The position numbers and the translations under genes were made by a program. A stretch of 64,000 nt of DNA from a virus, in IMG/VR virus record IMGVR_UViG_3300027733_000049, positions 1 through 64,000 of that record; one strand, written 5' to 3'. Each line of letters starts with the position of its first letter. Positions within the stretch are counted from its first letter, which is position 1. The notes under the pieces are model-generated. The model ran no database searches. It worked only from the letters and a program-made list of their open reading frames with translations, and was not told where the DNA came from. Below are positions 36,764 to 46,749 of the stretch, piece after piece.

Positions 36764-37450
36764 TTATCCGTTCCTTCCATTGTGTGAACAATCTAGCACA
36801 GGACACCACGCTTTGCAAGTGAAGTTTTGTTTGGGATTAAACACCCCAGTTTCATACGCAGTCTCTCTCGATACTAACGAACCATCTAACTCTGAAAACA
36901 CTTCTAAACCAGTTGATGCTTGGTACTCAGACCGTACAAAATCTTTACACACGACAAACAACAAGCCAGCCTTAACACGTTCTATCTCGGGAAAGTGTAG
37001 GAACACGCAGGCAGACATGAGGGCTAACTGTTTTGGGTCAGCGTACCTACTGCTCTTGCCCGTCTTGTAGTCAATGATTCGTGCGTCTTTCTTCTCGGTG
37101 TCTAAGATAACCAAGTCTGCTACACCACGATACCAAACTTCTTTATCAAAGAATCCACAAGGGGCAAGGCGTCCATCCACCTTCTTGATGCCCATCTTGT
37201 GTTCACATAACTTCTCACCTTTCATGTTGGCTAACTTCTGCAACATCGACTCCATGTACGAATACTTGGCAGGGATCGGTGTACCGTCTTTGATATATTT
37301 TTCAGCCGCAAGGTGTACGTCAGTCCCGTACATCATTGCTTCGCTCTCAGGCTCCTTAATATCTTTCACCACACGCAAGTGGTAATACTTCTTAGGACAC
37401 TGATCGAACAGCGAAAGACTTGAGTAACTCCATGCAGGCACTTTGACCAT
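36764..37450 (-). CDS. PD-(D/E)XK Cas4/RecB-like exonuclease
   Basis: WSYSSL..F.QCP, RGVADL, IIDYKTGK, C-terminal C.WCP..DC. Confidence 0.85.
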   Translation of the reverse strand: MVKVPAWSYSSLSLFDQCPKKYYHLRVVKDIKEPESEAMMYGTDVHLAAEKYIKDGTPIPAKYSYMESMLQKLANMKGEKLCEHKMGIKKVDGRLAPCGFFDKEVWYRGVADLVILDTEKKDARIIDYKTGKSSRYADPKQLALMSACVFLHFPEIERVKAGLLFVVCKDFVRSEYQASTGLEVFSELDGSLVSRETAYETGVFNPKQNFTCKAWCPVLDCSHNGRNG

Positions 37451-39267
37451 TAACAATCTCCGTATGAGGCTCCGAACCCTGATTCACAATTTAGTGGGAC
37501 ACCTTCAGCCCACTGTGGCACGAACCGCATACATTCTTCAACATATGCAACAGCTTCGACGGCTTGCTCTATTGGAGCTACGCACGCCACAGCATCGTGT
37601 ACAGTGAGTACAACACGGTATCTCTTCGCAATCTTTAGCATCTGCTCACCAATTATGCAACGTGCCAAGCCCTGACAAATGTTCTCTGTCAACTTGCCCC
37701 CGTACAGCTTTACTGAGCCTCTGCGTGAATCATAAATATACTGCTCTTTACCATCTTTGTCTTTAAATTTTTTCAAGTTAGGGTATCTTTGGTACATCCC
37801 GTTGGGCATGAGAACCCCGTCCTTGCCTATGGTCACAGCCCCATTACCCCATGTGGCAGTACGCCCCTTGGACAGCGCCTCAATTGCCTTGTTCCCACTT
37901 TGCCACAACGAGGGTATCCACGGGTACGTCTCACGGTACACGTCTATGACCCGCTTGGATGCGTCATCTTCAATGTCCACTCCAAACGTCTTGAGTTGCG
38001 CTTTAAATTTAGGCGCTCCCATGCCGTACCCCGCACCCAAAATGGTTGTTTTTCCAACAAACCTTTCGCCCTTATTGATTTCTTCGACATCCTTGTTGTA
38101 TATAGCAGACGCCATGATTTTGTATACATCCTTGCCATCTCTGAAAGCCTCCACTAAGTCTGTCTGCCCTGCAAACCAAGCCAACACACGGGCTTCAATC
38201 TGCGCTGAGTCACAGTCAATAATTACATGACCCTCGGGTGCAAGGATAGACCGCTTGATCTTGCCTGCGTTATCGCCCCGTGAGGGAAGGTTTTGAAAGT
38301 TCAACTTGTCAGCCCCACCCCACCGTCCCGTGTGGGCGGCATAGTAAGACAGAGGTACAGGTATCAGTCCTCGGGAGGCAATCCCAAGCAGGCGTTCGGT
38401 ACGAGTCTCCTCAAGCGTAGTCTTGTTACCCAACCGTGCGGCAACAAGTAACTGCACCCTCTCATCAGGATGTTCAGCCAAAGCCTTGAACCCTTCATCA
38501 GACTTAGCCAGTGCCAACGTCTCCCTGCCCGTGGTCAAACTAATCTTCATGGGCGGCTCAACCCCAAGTTCTCCTAGTAACTTGGCAAACTTCTGATTGG
38601 ACATGAGGTTGTCCAAGTCAGTCGTTGTATCGTTGATTAGGTCCTGCTTACGTTTCTTGACGTGTACAAGATGTTGCTCCAAGACGGGTACATCCAAGCG
38701 CAGGACCGGCTCTGTAAACATACGCACGGTCAGATCAATCAGTTTCAACTCGACCTTCTGAAACATCGGGAGCAACGTCAGGAACAAATCGTACGTCAGG
38801 TCAACGTCATTGACGCAGTACCTTGCATACATTTTCATTTGGTGGATAGGAAAGTCAGTACGTCTAATGCCTAGCGCATTGATGACCTCATCTCCTTTCT
38901 CACCCAAGTTGTAGTACTTGACCAACTTAGCCAAACTGTTACCGACCTCAGTACCGTGTACGGCACGTGCCATGCTCAATGTATCTGCAATAGCTTTGGG
39001 TTTAATACCAAGAACCCAATTCAATATAGACATATCGAACATGGCATTGTGGGCAACAACCATGCTGTTGTCCCAGTCATACCGCAACAACTGTTGACGT
39101 AACAGTTCATGCTCGCCAGAAAAGAATCGTGTCTTTTCATCGTTGACCTTGACGCCTACGCCAATGATCTCAAACCTTGGATCACGCACGTACTCCTCTG
39201 TGGTGATCTTTGATAATGAAAACTCTTTGTCGTAGTACGTCTCAAAGTCTATGGTGATAACATCCAT
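37450..39267 (-). CDS. Family A DNA polymerase with 3'-5' exonuclease
   Basis: IDFETY, AHNAMFD, YCVND; HTGRW, DSAQIEARVLAW, RFVGKTTILGAGYG, LTVHD. Confidence 0.9.
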   Translation of the reverse strand: MDVITIDFETYYDKEFSLSKITTEEYVRDPRFEIIGVGVKVNDEKTRFFSGEHELLRQQLLRYDWDNSMVVAHNAMFDMSILNWVLGIKPKAIADTLSMARAVHGTEVGNSLAKLVKYYNLGEKGDEVINALGIRRTDFPIHQMKMYARYCVNDVDLTYDLFLTLLPMFQKVELKLIDLTVRMFTEPVLRLDVPVLEQHLVHVKKRKQDLINDTTTDLDNLMSNQKFAKLLGELGVEPPMKISLTTGRETLALAKSDEGFKALAEHPDERVQLLVAARLGNKTTLEETRTERLLGIASRGLIPVPLSYYAAHTGRWGGADKLNFQNLPSRGDNAGKIKRSILAPEGHVIIDCDSAQIEARVLAWFAGQTDLVEAFRDGKDVYKIMASAIYNKDVEEINKGERFVGKTTILGAGYGMGAPKFKAQLKTFGVDIEDDASKRVIDVYRETYPWIPSLWQSGNKAIEALSKGRTATWGNGAVTIGKDGVLMPNGMYQRYPNLKKFKDKDGKEQYIYDSRRGSVKLYGGKLTENICQGLARCIIGEQMLKIAKRYRVVLTVHDAVACVAPIEQAVEAVAYVEECMRFVPQWAEGVPLNCESGFGASYGDC

Positions 39268-39545
39268 CAGAAGTTCAACCCGTAGAACGCTTGGATGTGG
39301 GCTTCAAAGTCTTTCTTATTAAAGATACCCATCTCACCCGTCTCACGGTAACCAATGCCAAACATCCCATCGGTTGTGTCCCATATTAGATAGTCACCAA
39401 ACACGATGGCTTTACCCTGCGGTATGGTCTCAACACCATAGTGTCCACGCATCTGCCCATCGGCAAGCACCTCACCAAATATTGGCGGTGCATCCCGTGC
39501 TACGTTTTCTAATCTTGTGTGTAATACATTCTTGATCTTACTCAT
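39267..39545 (-). CDS. Hypothetical protein
   Basis: Start refined to MSKIK after GGAGG. Confidence 0.5.
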   Translation of the reverse strand: MSKIKNVLHTRLENVARDAPPIFGEVLADGQMRGHYGVETIPQGKAIVFGDYLIWDTTDGMFGIGYRETGEMGIFNKKDFEAHIQAFYGLNF

Positions 39546-39546
39546 A

Positions 39547-40170
39547 TTAACCTCCAAACATTTCTTTAAGTGCGATGTGTAACGCACGGGCTTGCTTGAC
39601 CGTCAGGCTATCAAGCACATCATCCACGCTCCATTCAGTAGGTTGCTCGACCTTTGTACTGTTAGCCTTGAACTTCTCTACCAAGTCTGAGATGGAATGG
39701 TTTTCGTACTGTACGAAACTCTTAGGCATTTCTTTCATTGCCTTCTTCTGCTCCTTCACAGCACGGGCATGGGCGGCACGGGCTACCGCCTTACTACGTT
39801 CCTCTTTAGCTTTTGCCTGTAATGTTTTACGGTCTGCTTCAGGAATCACCGTGTACGCATAGACGTAACGCCCATCAATACGTTCTGTTGATTGCGAACG
39901 GGTAACATAAAACCTATCCGAAAACTGCTTGAGCATTGATGATGTAAAACTCAACGGTACATCGGGATGTAACACCGACAACTTGTTACGTAATCCAATG
40001 CTAGTGATTCCCGGGTTCTGCTCAATAACCGCCAATATACGATTTGTTATAGAGCTTTGTTTCTTCTCGTCTTTAGTTGTGTTTACCACTTTAATTTCCT
40101 CCTGTTGTGATTGATCTTCCTCGTCCCACATTTGTAGAACTTTCTTCATTTCGTCAGCTATTGATCCCAC
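39547..40170 (-). CDS. Hypothetical protein, possible winged-helix
   Basis: ILAVIEQNPGITS..L...L....SSMLKQF....YV.R; contains one palindrome copy. Confidence 0.5.
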   Translation of the reverse strand: MGSIADEMKKVLQMWDEEDQSQQEEIKVVNTTKDEKKQSSITNRILAVIEQNPGITSIGLRNKLSVLHPDVPLSFTSSMLKQFSDRFYVTRSQSTERIDGRYVYAYTVIPEADRKTLQAKAKEERSKAVARAAHARAVKEQKKAMKEMPKSFVQYENHSISDLVEKFKANSTKVEQPTEWSVDDVLDSLTVKQARALHIALKEMFGG

Positions 40171-40474
40171 TTTGATCCCTCCATTCTTGTGTGATGTGAT
40201 CTAAAATTTCCTGAACTTCTATCAGGTTCTCCTCATTGACGACAATGGCAAAGCCACCGGCATCTTTGATCTGCGCTATGTTTCTGTCTTGCAGTGCAGT
40301 GGTCTTGCCCTTGCCTGCTTTACATTCGATAGCAATAAATCTTCCCATGTAGCAGGCAACAATGTCGGGTATACCTGCTGATCCATACCCCCCTGCTATT
40401 GGGTAGAAGCAATACGCCCCTGCATCTTTAAGCAAGGCTACTACTTTGGTCTTTACTTTTTTCTCGGGTGTCAT
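40154..40474 (-). CDS. VRR-NUC / Holliday junction resolvase-like nuclease
   Basis: PEKKVK, GIPDI, FIAIECKAG, TALQ. Confidence 0.85.
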   Translation of the reverse strand: MTPEKKVKTKVVALLKDAGAYCFYPIAGGYGSAGIPDIVACYMGRFIAIECKAGKGKTTALQDRNIAQIKDAGGFAIVVNEENLIEVQEILDHITQEWRDQSGINS

Positions 40475-40646
40475 TCTCTACTCCTTTCAGTTGTGCTTCG
40501 TAATATTTCAAGGGTAACCTTGCCTTGGCTTTCAAGTGTTTGCGTAACCAATCAGCACCGCCCATGTCTTGAAATATCAACCAATCTAAATCTGACATCC
40601 GCACTTGGCGTCCTATTAGTGGCATTGGTGGTTTAGGTCTTGGCAT
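40428..40646 (-). CDS. Small putative DNA-binding protein (RHH-like)
   Basis: MPRPKP...RQVRMS..W..F...GGADWLR. Confidence 0.45.
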   Translation of the reverse strand: MPRPKPPMPLIGRQVRMSDLDWLIFQDMGGADWLRKHLKAKARLPLKYYEAQLKGVENDTREKSKDQSSSLA

Positions 40647-40656
40647 TAGTTTCCTT

Positions 40657-41259
40657 TCAAATTTTCATAAGAGTTGTGTTGTCTCCGGTAGCTACTGTCG
40701 TGTAGCCCAATTCTTTGTACTTCAATATGGTGTCTACCACTTCTTTGGGAGAGGTCAAAGAATTCGATTCAAATTTAATTATCTTTGCCGGTCTGCTTTT
40801 TTCTTTCTTGAGTACTTCCAAATAACTGGACAGAATCACGCAGTCATGCCCTTCAGTATCTACCTTTAACAAAGCGCAGTCATCTACTTGATACATACCA
40901 AACAATGTCTCAACAGAATACATTGGGATTTGTTTAGATGTGAACACATCAACTGGATCAATGTTTCTTTTTGTTAAAACTTTTACAACTGTGGGGTGAT
41001 ACGAACTGATACTGTTACAACCACGTACCCACCAAGGTAAGCCATGTTTGCTTATGACCTCTTCTGATAAATAAAATACTTCTGCCACACCATCGTGATC
41101 TGATATTGCGGATAGTACTTTATGCACATGGGGTTTACATGGCAACCTGTTAAGGTAATAAAGTATTGGATCGACTGACAGCCCTATTGAATCGTCCATA
41201 CATTTTTGAATCACAGTATCAAAATCAGATGTACCTATTTCAATAAAGTCATACTTCAT
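40657..41259 (-). CDS. FkbM-family SAM-dependent methyltransferase
   Basis: FIEIGTSD, AISD.DG, LLKVDTEGHD..IL, IKFE. Confidence 0.75.
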   Translation of the reverse strand: MKYDFIEIGTSDFDTVIQKCMDDSIGLSVDPILYYLNRLPCKPHVHKVLSAISDHDGVAEVFYLSEEVISKHGLPWWVRGCNSISSYHPTVVKVLTKRNIDPVDVFTSKQIPMYSVETLFGMYQVDDCALLKVDTEGHDCVILSSYLEVLKKEKSRPAKIIKFESNSLTSPKEVVDTILKYKELGYTTVATGDNTTLMKI

Positions 41260-41459
41260 CGCTTCATACCTCTTACATAAGCGGCAAAACTCATAGCAGT
41301 ATCACCAAAGTATTTCATGGCATCAAACTCCTTGGCAACTTCTTCTATCGTGGCGTTGCGTATCTCATCTACCAACCCAACCTTTACGGTATGTTCTTTG
41401 TCACGGTAATCGTAGTGTGCGCAACCACGTTCCCAACAACCTTTGTCCATTAGCGTCAT
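41256..41459 (-). CDS. Hypothetical protein
   Basis: Coupled ORF. Confidence 0.5.
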   Translation of the reverse strand: MTLMDKGCWERGCAHYDYRDKEHTVKVGLVDEIRNATIEEVAKEFDAMKYFGDTAMSFAAYVRGMKR

Positions 41460-41779
41460 GTGTTCTTCTCCTTGAGTTTGGCTTCAATGGCTCGGGCAAA
41501 TTCAAACCTGTTTGCGTATGGCATCGTATTACTGATGGCAAATATTTCCGCATCATCCGTCAGCCCTACCCACTTACGTTCAGGCAATGGATGCCCTGCG
41601 TGTTTGTAGGCTTCGTCACGCCAAAGTTGCGCTCGTTGTTTGTTGTACTCACAGCTTGGGCAAGGGCGCACGTATTCTTGAATGTCATCATCCTCCATAG
41701 TTATCTGCATTTGTATTTGTCGTTTACGCCAACCACTTTGAATCTTCTCAACATCTTCGGGTGTGTGTGATCTTTTCAT
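41456..41779 (-). CDS. Hypothetical protein (WVGLT..E...FARAIEAKLKEKN family)
   Basis: Common phage accessory motif. Confidence 0.55.
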   Translation of the reverse strand: MKRSHTPEDVEKIQSGWRKRQIQMQITMEDDDIQEYVRPCPSCEYNKQRAQLWRDEAYKHAGHPLPERKWVGLTDDAEIFAISNTMPYANRFEFARAIEAKLKEKNT

Positions 41780-41800
41780 CTTGGTGCATCCTCATGGTTA

Positions 41801-42805
41801 TCAGGGTTGAACTTCGGTTGCTTCGTACCCTTGTCTTTCGGGTTCGGAAACGGGGGGAACGGTGGTGTCATTCTTTTTCTCCTCTTCCCAAGCGGTTCGC
41901 AATGCTCTACCACTTAGCTTTTTGTTTAAATAATCTATGCCTGAAAATTCAATGTACTCTTGCATGGTGCGTACTCTGCCTAACCCATACACTCCCATAT
42001 CTTTACCGTTAACCAAATCTTCAAGCCGCCTTGTTGTACGCTTTTGTAATTCACCCCAATGTACAACTCGTTCTTGGGTAATATCTTTATCCCAGTGCCT
42101 CGGACGCTCCCCATACAAATGGTGCATAGGAAGGTGTGGCACATGAAATATGTCGTAGCCATGCGTAAATGCTCTTAACGCCATGGCTTGTTCCTCTCCA
42201 TTGAAATACATATACGGGTCGTATGGCACATCGTACACAAACTTACCCTGTGTAAAAAGGCAACCACCCGCAAGGTGTATCCCACGAATCGGTGTATCAC
42301 GCTTAACTCTCGTTGCTACAAACTTCAGCTTCGAATGTTTAGGTTCGAACTGTTGTGCTTTGGATGAAACAATATGTACCAACACCTCCCTGCACATACG
42401 CCTCACAATCTTTCCCTCCTTGCGTTCAAACGATGCAGGGTAACTAGACACTATGCACTTGGGGTTTATCTTTGCACACTCGGTAGCGGCATTGATTAAC
42501 TTCTCATCCCAATCTTGGTCGAATACTGAATGAGCATCGATCTGAAAGAACCAATCCTCATCGTTGTACATCGCCATACATAATGACCTTGCCCAACACG
42601 CACCTCGAGATTCTCTTGGATCAATACCAACATACTGAATCTTCTTGCTCAGTGCATCGCTCACCTTGAGTCGCTCGTTTTCATACGCTTGTTCTACAAC
42701 ACCAAACGACAAACCATTTGGGTCTTTCGCCTTATTCAATGCTTGCAGTACGGTGTGTTTAAGCATCTCATCTCGGTAGGATGCGATGCTGATGTAGATG
42801 CTCAT
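41801..42805 (-). CDS. GT60-like polypeptide GlcNAc-transferase (Gnt1/Skp1 GlcNAc-T family)
   Basis: IYISIASYRD, G.CWARS, QIDAHS.F..DWD, SSYP, VPYDP..YF.GEE. Confidence 0.75.
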   Translation of the reverse strand: MSIYISIASYRDEMLKHTVLQALNKAKDPNGLSFGVVEQAYENERLKVSDALSKKIQYVGIDPRESRGACWARSLCMAMYNDEDWFFQIDAHSVFDQDWDEKLINAATECAKINPKCIVSSYPASFERKEGKIVRRMCREVLVHIVSSKAQQFEPKHSKLKFVATRVKRDTPIRGIHLAGGCLFTQGKFVYDVPYDPYMYFNGEEQAMALRAFTHGYDIFHVPHLPMHHLYGERPRHWDKDITQERVVHWGELQKRTTRRLEDLVNGKDMGVYGLGRVRTMQEYIEFSGIDYLNKKLSGRALRTAWEEEKKNDTTVPPVSEPERQGYEATEVQP

Positions 42806-42993
42806 TGGTTGTTTGCTTCCCGCATTATGTCGTTGATAATTTTCTTGATCTTTCCATACGCATCTGCCTTGGTGTATGGCATCTGCAATATGCTTTCGAT
42901 CTCACGCAAAGCGTCATAGTATTCACCACCCTTCATTGCGTGCTGTAACTTATCCTCGTCCTCGGGGTAGGCAAATTCAAGTACTGCTTTCAT
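42802..42993 (-). CDS. Hypothetical protein (MKA.LEF..PED family)
   Basis: Coupled ORF. Confidence 0.55.
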   Translation of the reverse strand: MKAVLEFAYPEDEDKLQHAMKGGEYYDALREIESILQMPYTKADAYGKIKKIINDIMREANNQ

Positions 42994-43168
42994 TTACTCT
43001 CTCGCTTATTGGTGTCCACCCAAACCGTTTCCATGTGGCTTGCACATCTGCACCAGTTGTCCACACATATCGTGGATCATTGGCAGGAATGGTTGGCTCT
43101 GTGCGCTTAGAGAAAGGCACGGGGGGTAGTGGTATAGCAGGGTACGTATATTTAGGCTGTGCGCTCAT
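42977..43168 (-). CDS. Hypothetical protein (DVQATWKRFGW family)
   Basis: Coupled ORF with SD. Confidence 0.55.
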   Translation of the reverse strand: MSAQPKYTYPAIPLPPVPFSKRTEPTIPANDPRYVWTTGADVQATWKRFGWTPISERVNESST

Positions 43169-43463
43169 GTTGATCTCCTTCTTCTATGTAATACAAACGG
43201 TCGTGGACTTTGAATCCAACGCCCTTAATTAAGTTTCCCTCGGGTGCTATCCGCAAGATAGACACCGCCTCCATGATCCATCGTTCAACATCCTCTTGCG
43301 GGATATTTTTTCTTATCTTATTGTCATTAACACTTGGCATTGTAAAGTCTACTACATCAAATGTACCATCGTCATTGATAGAAACCCTATAACTATCACC
43401 TTTTGTTTCTATCATGTTGATCATTACTTCCATCCAAACATCCTTAGCTTCTTTGTAGTTCAT
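43152..43463 (-). CDS. Hypothetical protein, similar to the C-terminal domain of 43460..44356
   Basis: VSILRI....LIKGVGFKV....YYI versus IAVLQI.....LMDVGYKI....YWV. Confidence 0.55.
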   Translation of the reverse strand: MNYKEAKDVWMEVMINMIETKGDSYRVSINDDGTFDVVDFTMPSVNDNKIRKNIPQEDVERWIMEAVSILRIAPEGNLIKGVGFKVHDRLYYIEEGDQHERTA

Positions 43464-44356
43464 ACGAACACCCAGTACTTATCATTGTCGATCTTGTAGC
43501 CAACATCCATGAGTGCAGTCTTACTACCTTCGTTGATCTGCAACACCGCAATCTTATCCCTGATACTCTCAGGAACATCTTGTAGGTTGAACACTACGGT
43601 AGGCTCAGTGTCTCCCTCGTAGCGATACTCAACCTTATCGGTCTTAGCCCACACAAAACACTTGCGTGGTTTGTAGTTATCCATAGCTTGTAACTCTGCA
43701 CCTTGCTCTCTCAAGATGTGTAGGCTTTTCCTAAATGATTCTGTGGCGGGGGTATAGCCTGCTTGCACCATGAAATGCAACTCTTTAAGTATGTCGTCCC
43801 TCTGCATACGGGACGCTTCATACAACTTGTTCTGTGCAGGTTCTTTCATGTTGGCTATCGCACGCTCTAGATCAACGCCTGTCGATGCTACTACTTCAGT
43901 AAATGATTTAGGCTTGAGATACTGAAGTGCGTTCTTCACACCATTGGCAAACTTCTTGGTTGTCTTGATGCGATACCCCTCGCTGTACGATGCGTACTTC
44001 TCATTCATGATGCGGTCGGACTCCACAACATACATCATTTCTTTCTTGTCATTTAACTCAAGACCAATCTTACCAACACGCACAGTTGGGCAGTCCCTAT
44101 ACGCAACCGCTAAGTCTGCAAATACAAAGTACTCCAAGCCGTTGTACCGTGCGGGGCGGTAATCAGTATGCACAATCATGTCGGATCGTTTGTACTTGAT
44201 CTCGTTATAGAACTTCAAGAGTGTGCCTGTCACGGGAATATCACCAAGCCAAAACCCGTGGTTGTTTTGCTTGGCAGTATCAATGAGCGACACCAAACGG
44301 TCGTACTCGTATGTACCTTTGTAATCGTCTTTGCTAATCATGATTAAGCCCTCCAA
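43460..44356 (-). CDS. Hypothetical early protein
   Basis: 298-aa ORF; true start may be ATG at 44341. Confidence 0.65.
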   Translation of the reverse strand: MEGLIMISKDDYKGTYEYDRLVSLIDTAKQNNHGFWLGDIPVTGTLLKFYNEIKYKRSDMIVHTDYRPARYNGLEYFVFADLAVAYRDCPTVRVGKIGLELNDKKEMMYVVESDRIMNEKYASYSEGYRIKTTKKFANGVKNALQYLKPKSFTEVVASTGVDLERAIANMKEPAQNKLYEASRMQRDDILKELHFMVQAGYTPATESFRKSLHILREQGAELQAMDNYKPRKCFVWAKTDKVEYRYEGDTEPTVVFNLQDVPESIRDKIAVLQINEGSKTALMDVGYKIDNDKYWVFV

Positions 44357-44441
44357 TAAAATAAATCTAACAACACAACAACTAGACCGAGTAAAAATAC
44401 TACTCGCTCTACCTTATCAATCCATGTCCAGTTATTCCAAC

Positions 44442-45419
44442 TCATTTGACTCTCCTTCCATTTGAATAAAACGGTACGCCTACATCCACTGCCACTTGTT
44501 TGTATGGTTTTGTTAGTCGATATAGATACTCACCACGCAACCTACTCTCAAGATGCTCACGGTCAGGGTATGTAGGTTCTGACACATGATTACTACCTGA
44601 CCAAGTATGCTTCCACCTAGTATGTATAACAAACATCGCCTCAACTGCGTGCATCCACTTCTCACCAAACTCTTCGCCTTCGTTACGCACCAACCAATCG
44701 GCTTTGTCTAAAAGTTCATCCATGCTGTGCTTAAATCGCCAATCTCTGTTCTCATTCTCGGGTGTTACAAACGGACTCATGATCTCGTAGTAATTTAAGA
44801 ACGGCTCAAGTTCTTGGTACACCTTCTTAACTTTCTCACGATCAATCAACAACTTGTGTTCGGGTATGCCACCAATAACTTCGTAGAATGTTTTACCCTC
44901 ACGTTCGTACGGTACGAAAGTCATTCTCTGCCCATCTTGGTAATAGTAGTTCTTCGAGCCATCGGGTTGATCTGCACACACATATTGTTTAGAACCAAAC
45001 TTAACGTAACTAAGCCCTCTTGGAAACAACGCGCCTAACATACCCCATGTAGTGTATGTGTGCATCCATTTAGGTGTGAACTCAAAACGCCCATCGGGGC
45101 AAACCATCAATACTGGATAGTAATCTTCAGCGTACCCTGTCACAGTAACTTTGCCTGTCGCTTGATCTCGTGAATGATTTGCATAGACCGAGCAAAACGC
45201 CATGCCGTACTTGTCACCCTCTTTACGCCATATCTCGAACGTACGATGACGATCAGTCAATGGACGATGATCTGTCATGCCATGCTTTACACGCTGACCA
45301 ATCAATGGCTTGACGCTCTCATACTTCTTTTTGGTTGTCTCGTAATCAACCATGCAGATGTTGTACCCACGATAACCAAGCCTATCGTAAACACTAGAAG
45401 GTTCCGGTAATTTTTTCAT
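44442..45419 (-). CDS. Hypothetical early protein
   Basis: 325-aa ORF, SD AAAGGA; internal palindrome copy. Confidence 0.65.
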   Translation of the reverse strand: MKKLPEPSSVYDRLGYRGYNICMVDYETTKKKYESVKPLIGQRVKHGMTDHRPLTDRHRTFEIWRKEGDKYGMAFCSVYANHSRDQATGKVTVTGYAEDYYPVLMVCPDGRFEFTPKWMHTYTTWGMLGALFPRGLSYVKFGSKQYVCADQPDGSKNYYYQDGQRMTFVPYEREGKTFYEVIGGIPEHKLLIDREKVKKVYQELEPFLNYYEIMSPFVTPENENRDWRFKHSMDELLDKADWLVRNEGEEFGEKWMHAVEAMFVIHTRWKHTWSGSNHVSEPTYPDREHLESRLRGEYLYRLTKPYKQVAVDVGVPFYSNGRRVK

Positions 45420-45491
45420 GATGTTCCTTTCAAAAAATAATGAATGGGAAGTTTCGTACTGTACGAAACCGCCCTCAGAGATACCTGTAAC

Positions 45492-46673
45492 TTAGTCAAC
45501 GTAGATGACTGCACCAGTAGTAGGTGTGGGCTTGTACCCACCGACAACACACCACAAGACGGGATGTTCCCACTTGCCCCAACTACCGACATAACCATCG
45601 GTCAACACGACAACACACTCGGGCTTGATGCCACGTTCCTTGATGTACACGGGGATACACGCAGGATCAGTACCACCGCCACCCGCAGGCTTAGTTGATG
45701 ACACCAATTTATCTTGGTGATCACGGTCATATACTTCATGACCTGCAACCTCTGTGTCCCAGTACAACAGATCAACAAGTTCAGGTGAGACGTTGGCACA
45801 GATAGCCTGCACCTCAGTCAGAAACTTGTTCACCTCTGTATCACCAATAGAGCCTGACATATCGACACCAATTACGATACGCCCCATGCTCTCGGACACA
45901 GTAGAGGGCATATACATATCGTGCTGTAACCATCTACGATTAACACGTTGCCATGTGGATATATCCTTACCCACAGCCAATGATGAGATGAAGTCACGCA
46001 ACTGTTCACGCCAGTCAACCTTGGGTTCGAGCAACGCACCGATCTCACGGGACAAGTTACCACCCATCTTGCCTGCATGGATTTGACCTTGACGGATTGC
46101 TTGGTTCACCTCTTTGATGTGATCCTCAATCTCTTGCTGTGTCATGTCGCCTGTGTCCCAATCGTGTGAGTCAAAGCCACCTGCACCCTCATCACCATCT
46201 TCACCGCCACCACCCCCACCGCCTTGCTTGAGGATGTTGAATACTTCCTGTGAGTCCATGCCACGGAACTTCTCGCTGAGTAAGCCCATCTTAGGTAATA
46301 CAACAAACCCATTCGTTGCCTTCTCAATGTCCTTGATGATGAGGTTGATCACATAGTCACAAGCCATGTTCGCACACTTAGCGTGTTCCTCATACAGATG
46401 CTTCCACAAGAACGTATGCTGAAACAACTTGTGTAGATTCTCATGCAAGATAACGCCACGCAACTCAGCATCGGGCAGAGCTTCAACAAACTCTTTGCCA
46501 TAGATACAGTCGATGCCGTTGGTGCAAGCTGTTGGCACAGTCTCATCTACACGGTACTTGCCTACCATAATGACGCCTGCATACTCCATCGTTGCCTTGT
46601 GTGCCATTAACTCCACATGAGCACGCTCAATGCGCTTAAGCGCAGTTAGAGATTGTGTTGCTGTTATAAACAT
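45492..46673 (-). CDS. DUF2201-type metallopeptidase-VWA protein
   Basis: PTACTNG, HExxH (LHENLH), N.ACDYVIN, MIDAS VDMSGS, GGGGTD, LTDGY. Confidence 0.85.
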   Translation of the reverse strand: MFITATQSLTALKRIERAHVELMAHKATMEYAGVIMVGKYRVDETVPTACTNGIDCIYGKEFVEALPDAELRGVILHENLHKLFQHTFLWKHLYEEHAKCANMACDYVINLIIKDIEKATNGFVVLPKMGLLSEKFRGMDSQEVFNILKQGGGGGGGEDGDEGAGGFDSHDWDTGDMTQQEIEDHIKEVNQAIRQGQIHAGKMGGNLSREIGALLEPKVDWREQLRDFISSLAVGKDISTWQRVNRRWLQHDMYMPSTVSESMGRIVIGVDMSGSIGDTEVNKFLTEVQAICANVSPELVDLLYWDTEVAGHEVYDRDHQDKLVSSTKPAGGGGTDPACIPVYIKERGIKPECVVVLTDGYVGSWGKWEHPVLWCVVGGYKPTPTTGAVIYVD

Positions 46674-46749
46674 AATGATTTCCTTTCATGGTTAAAGATG
46701 TTGGGGGGCTTTCGTACTGTACGAAAGGGGTCCCCACGATTTACTACTA

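Noticed and set aside
36764-37450. Cas4 as evidence of a CRISPR system
   Set aside because: Stand-alone Cas4-like exonucleases are common in phage replication modules; this one is next to the polymerase.
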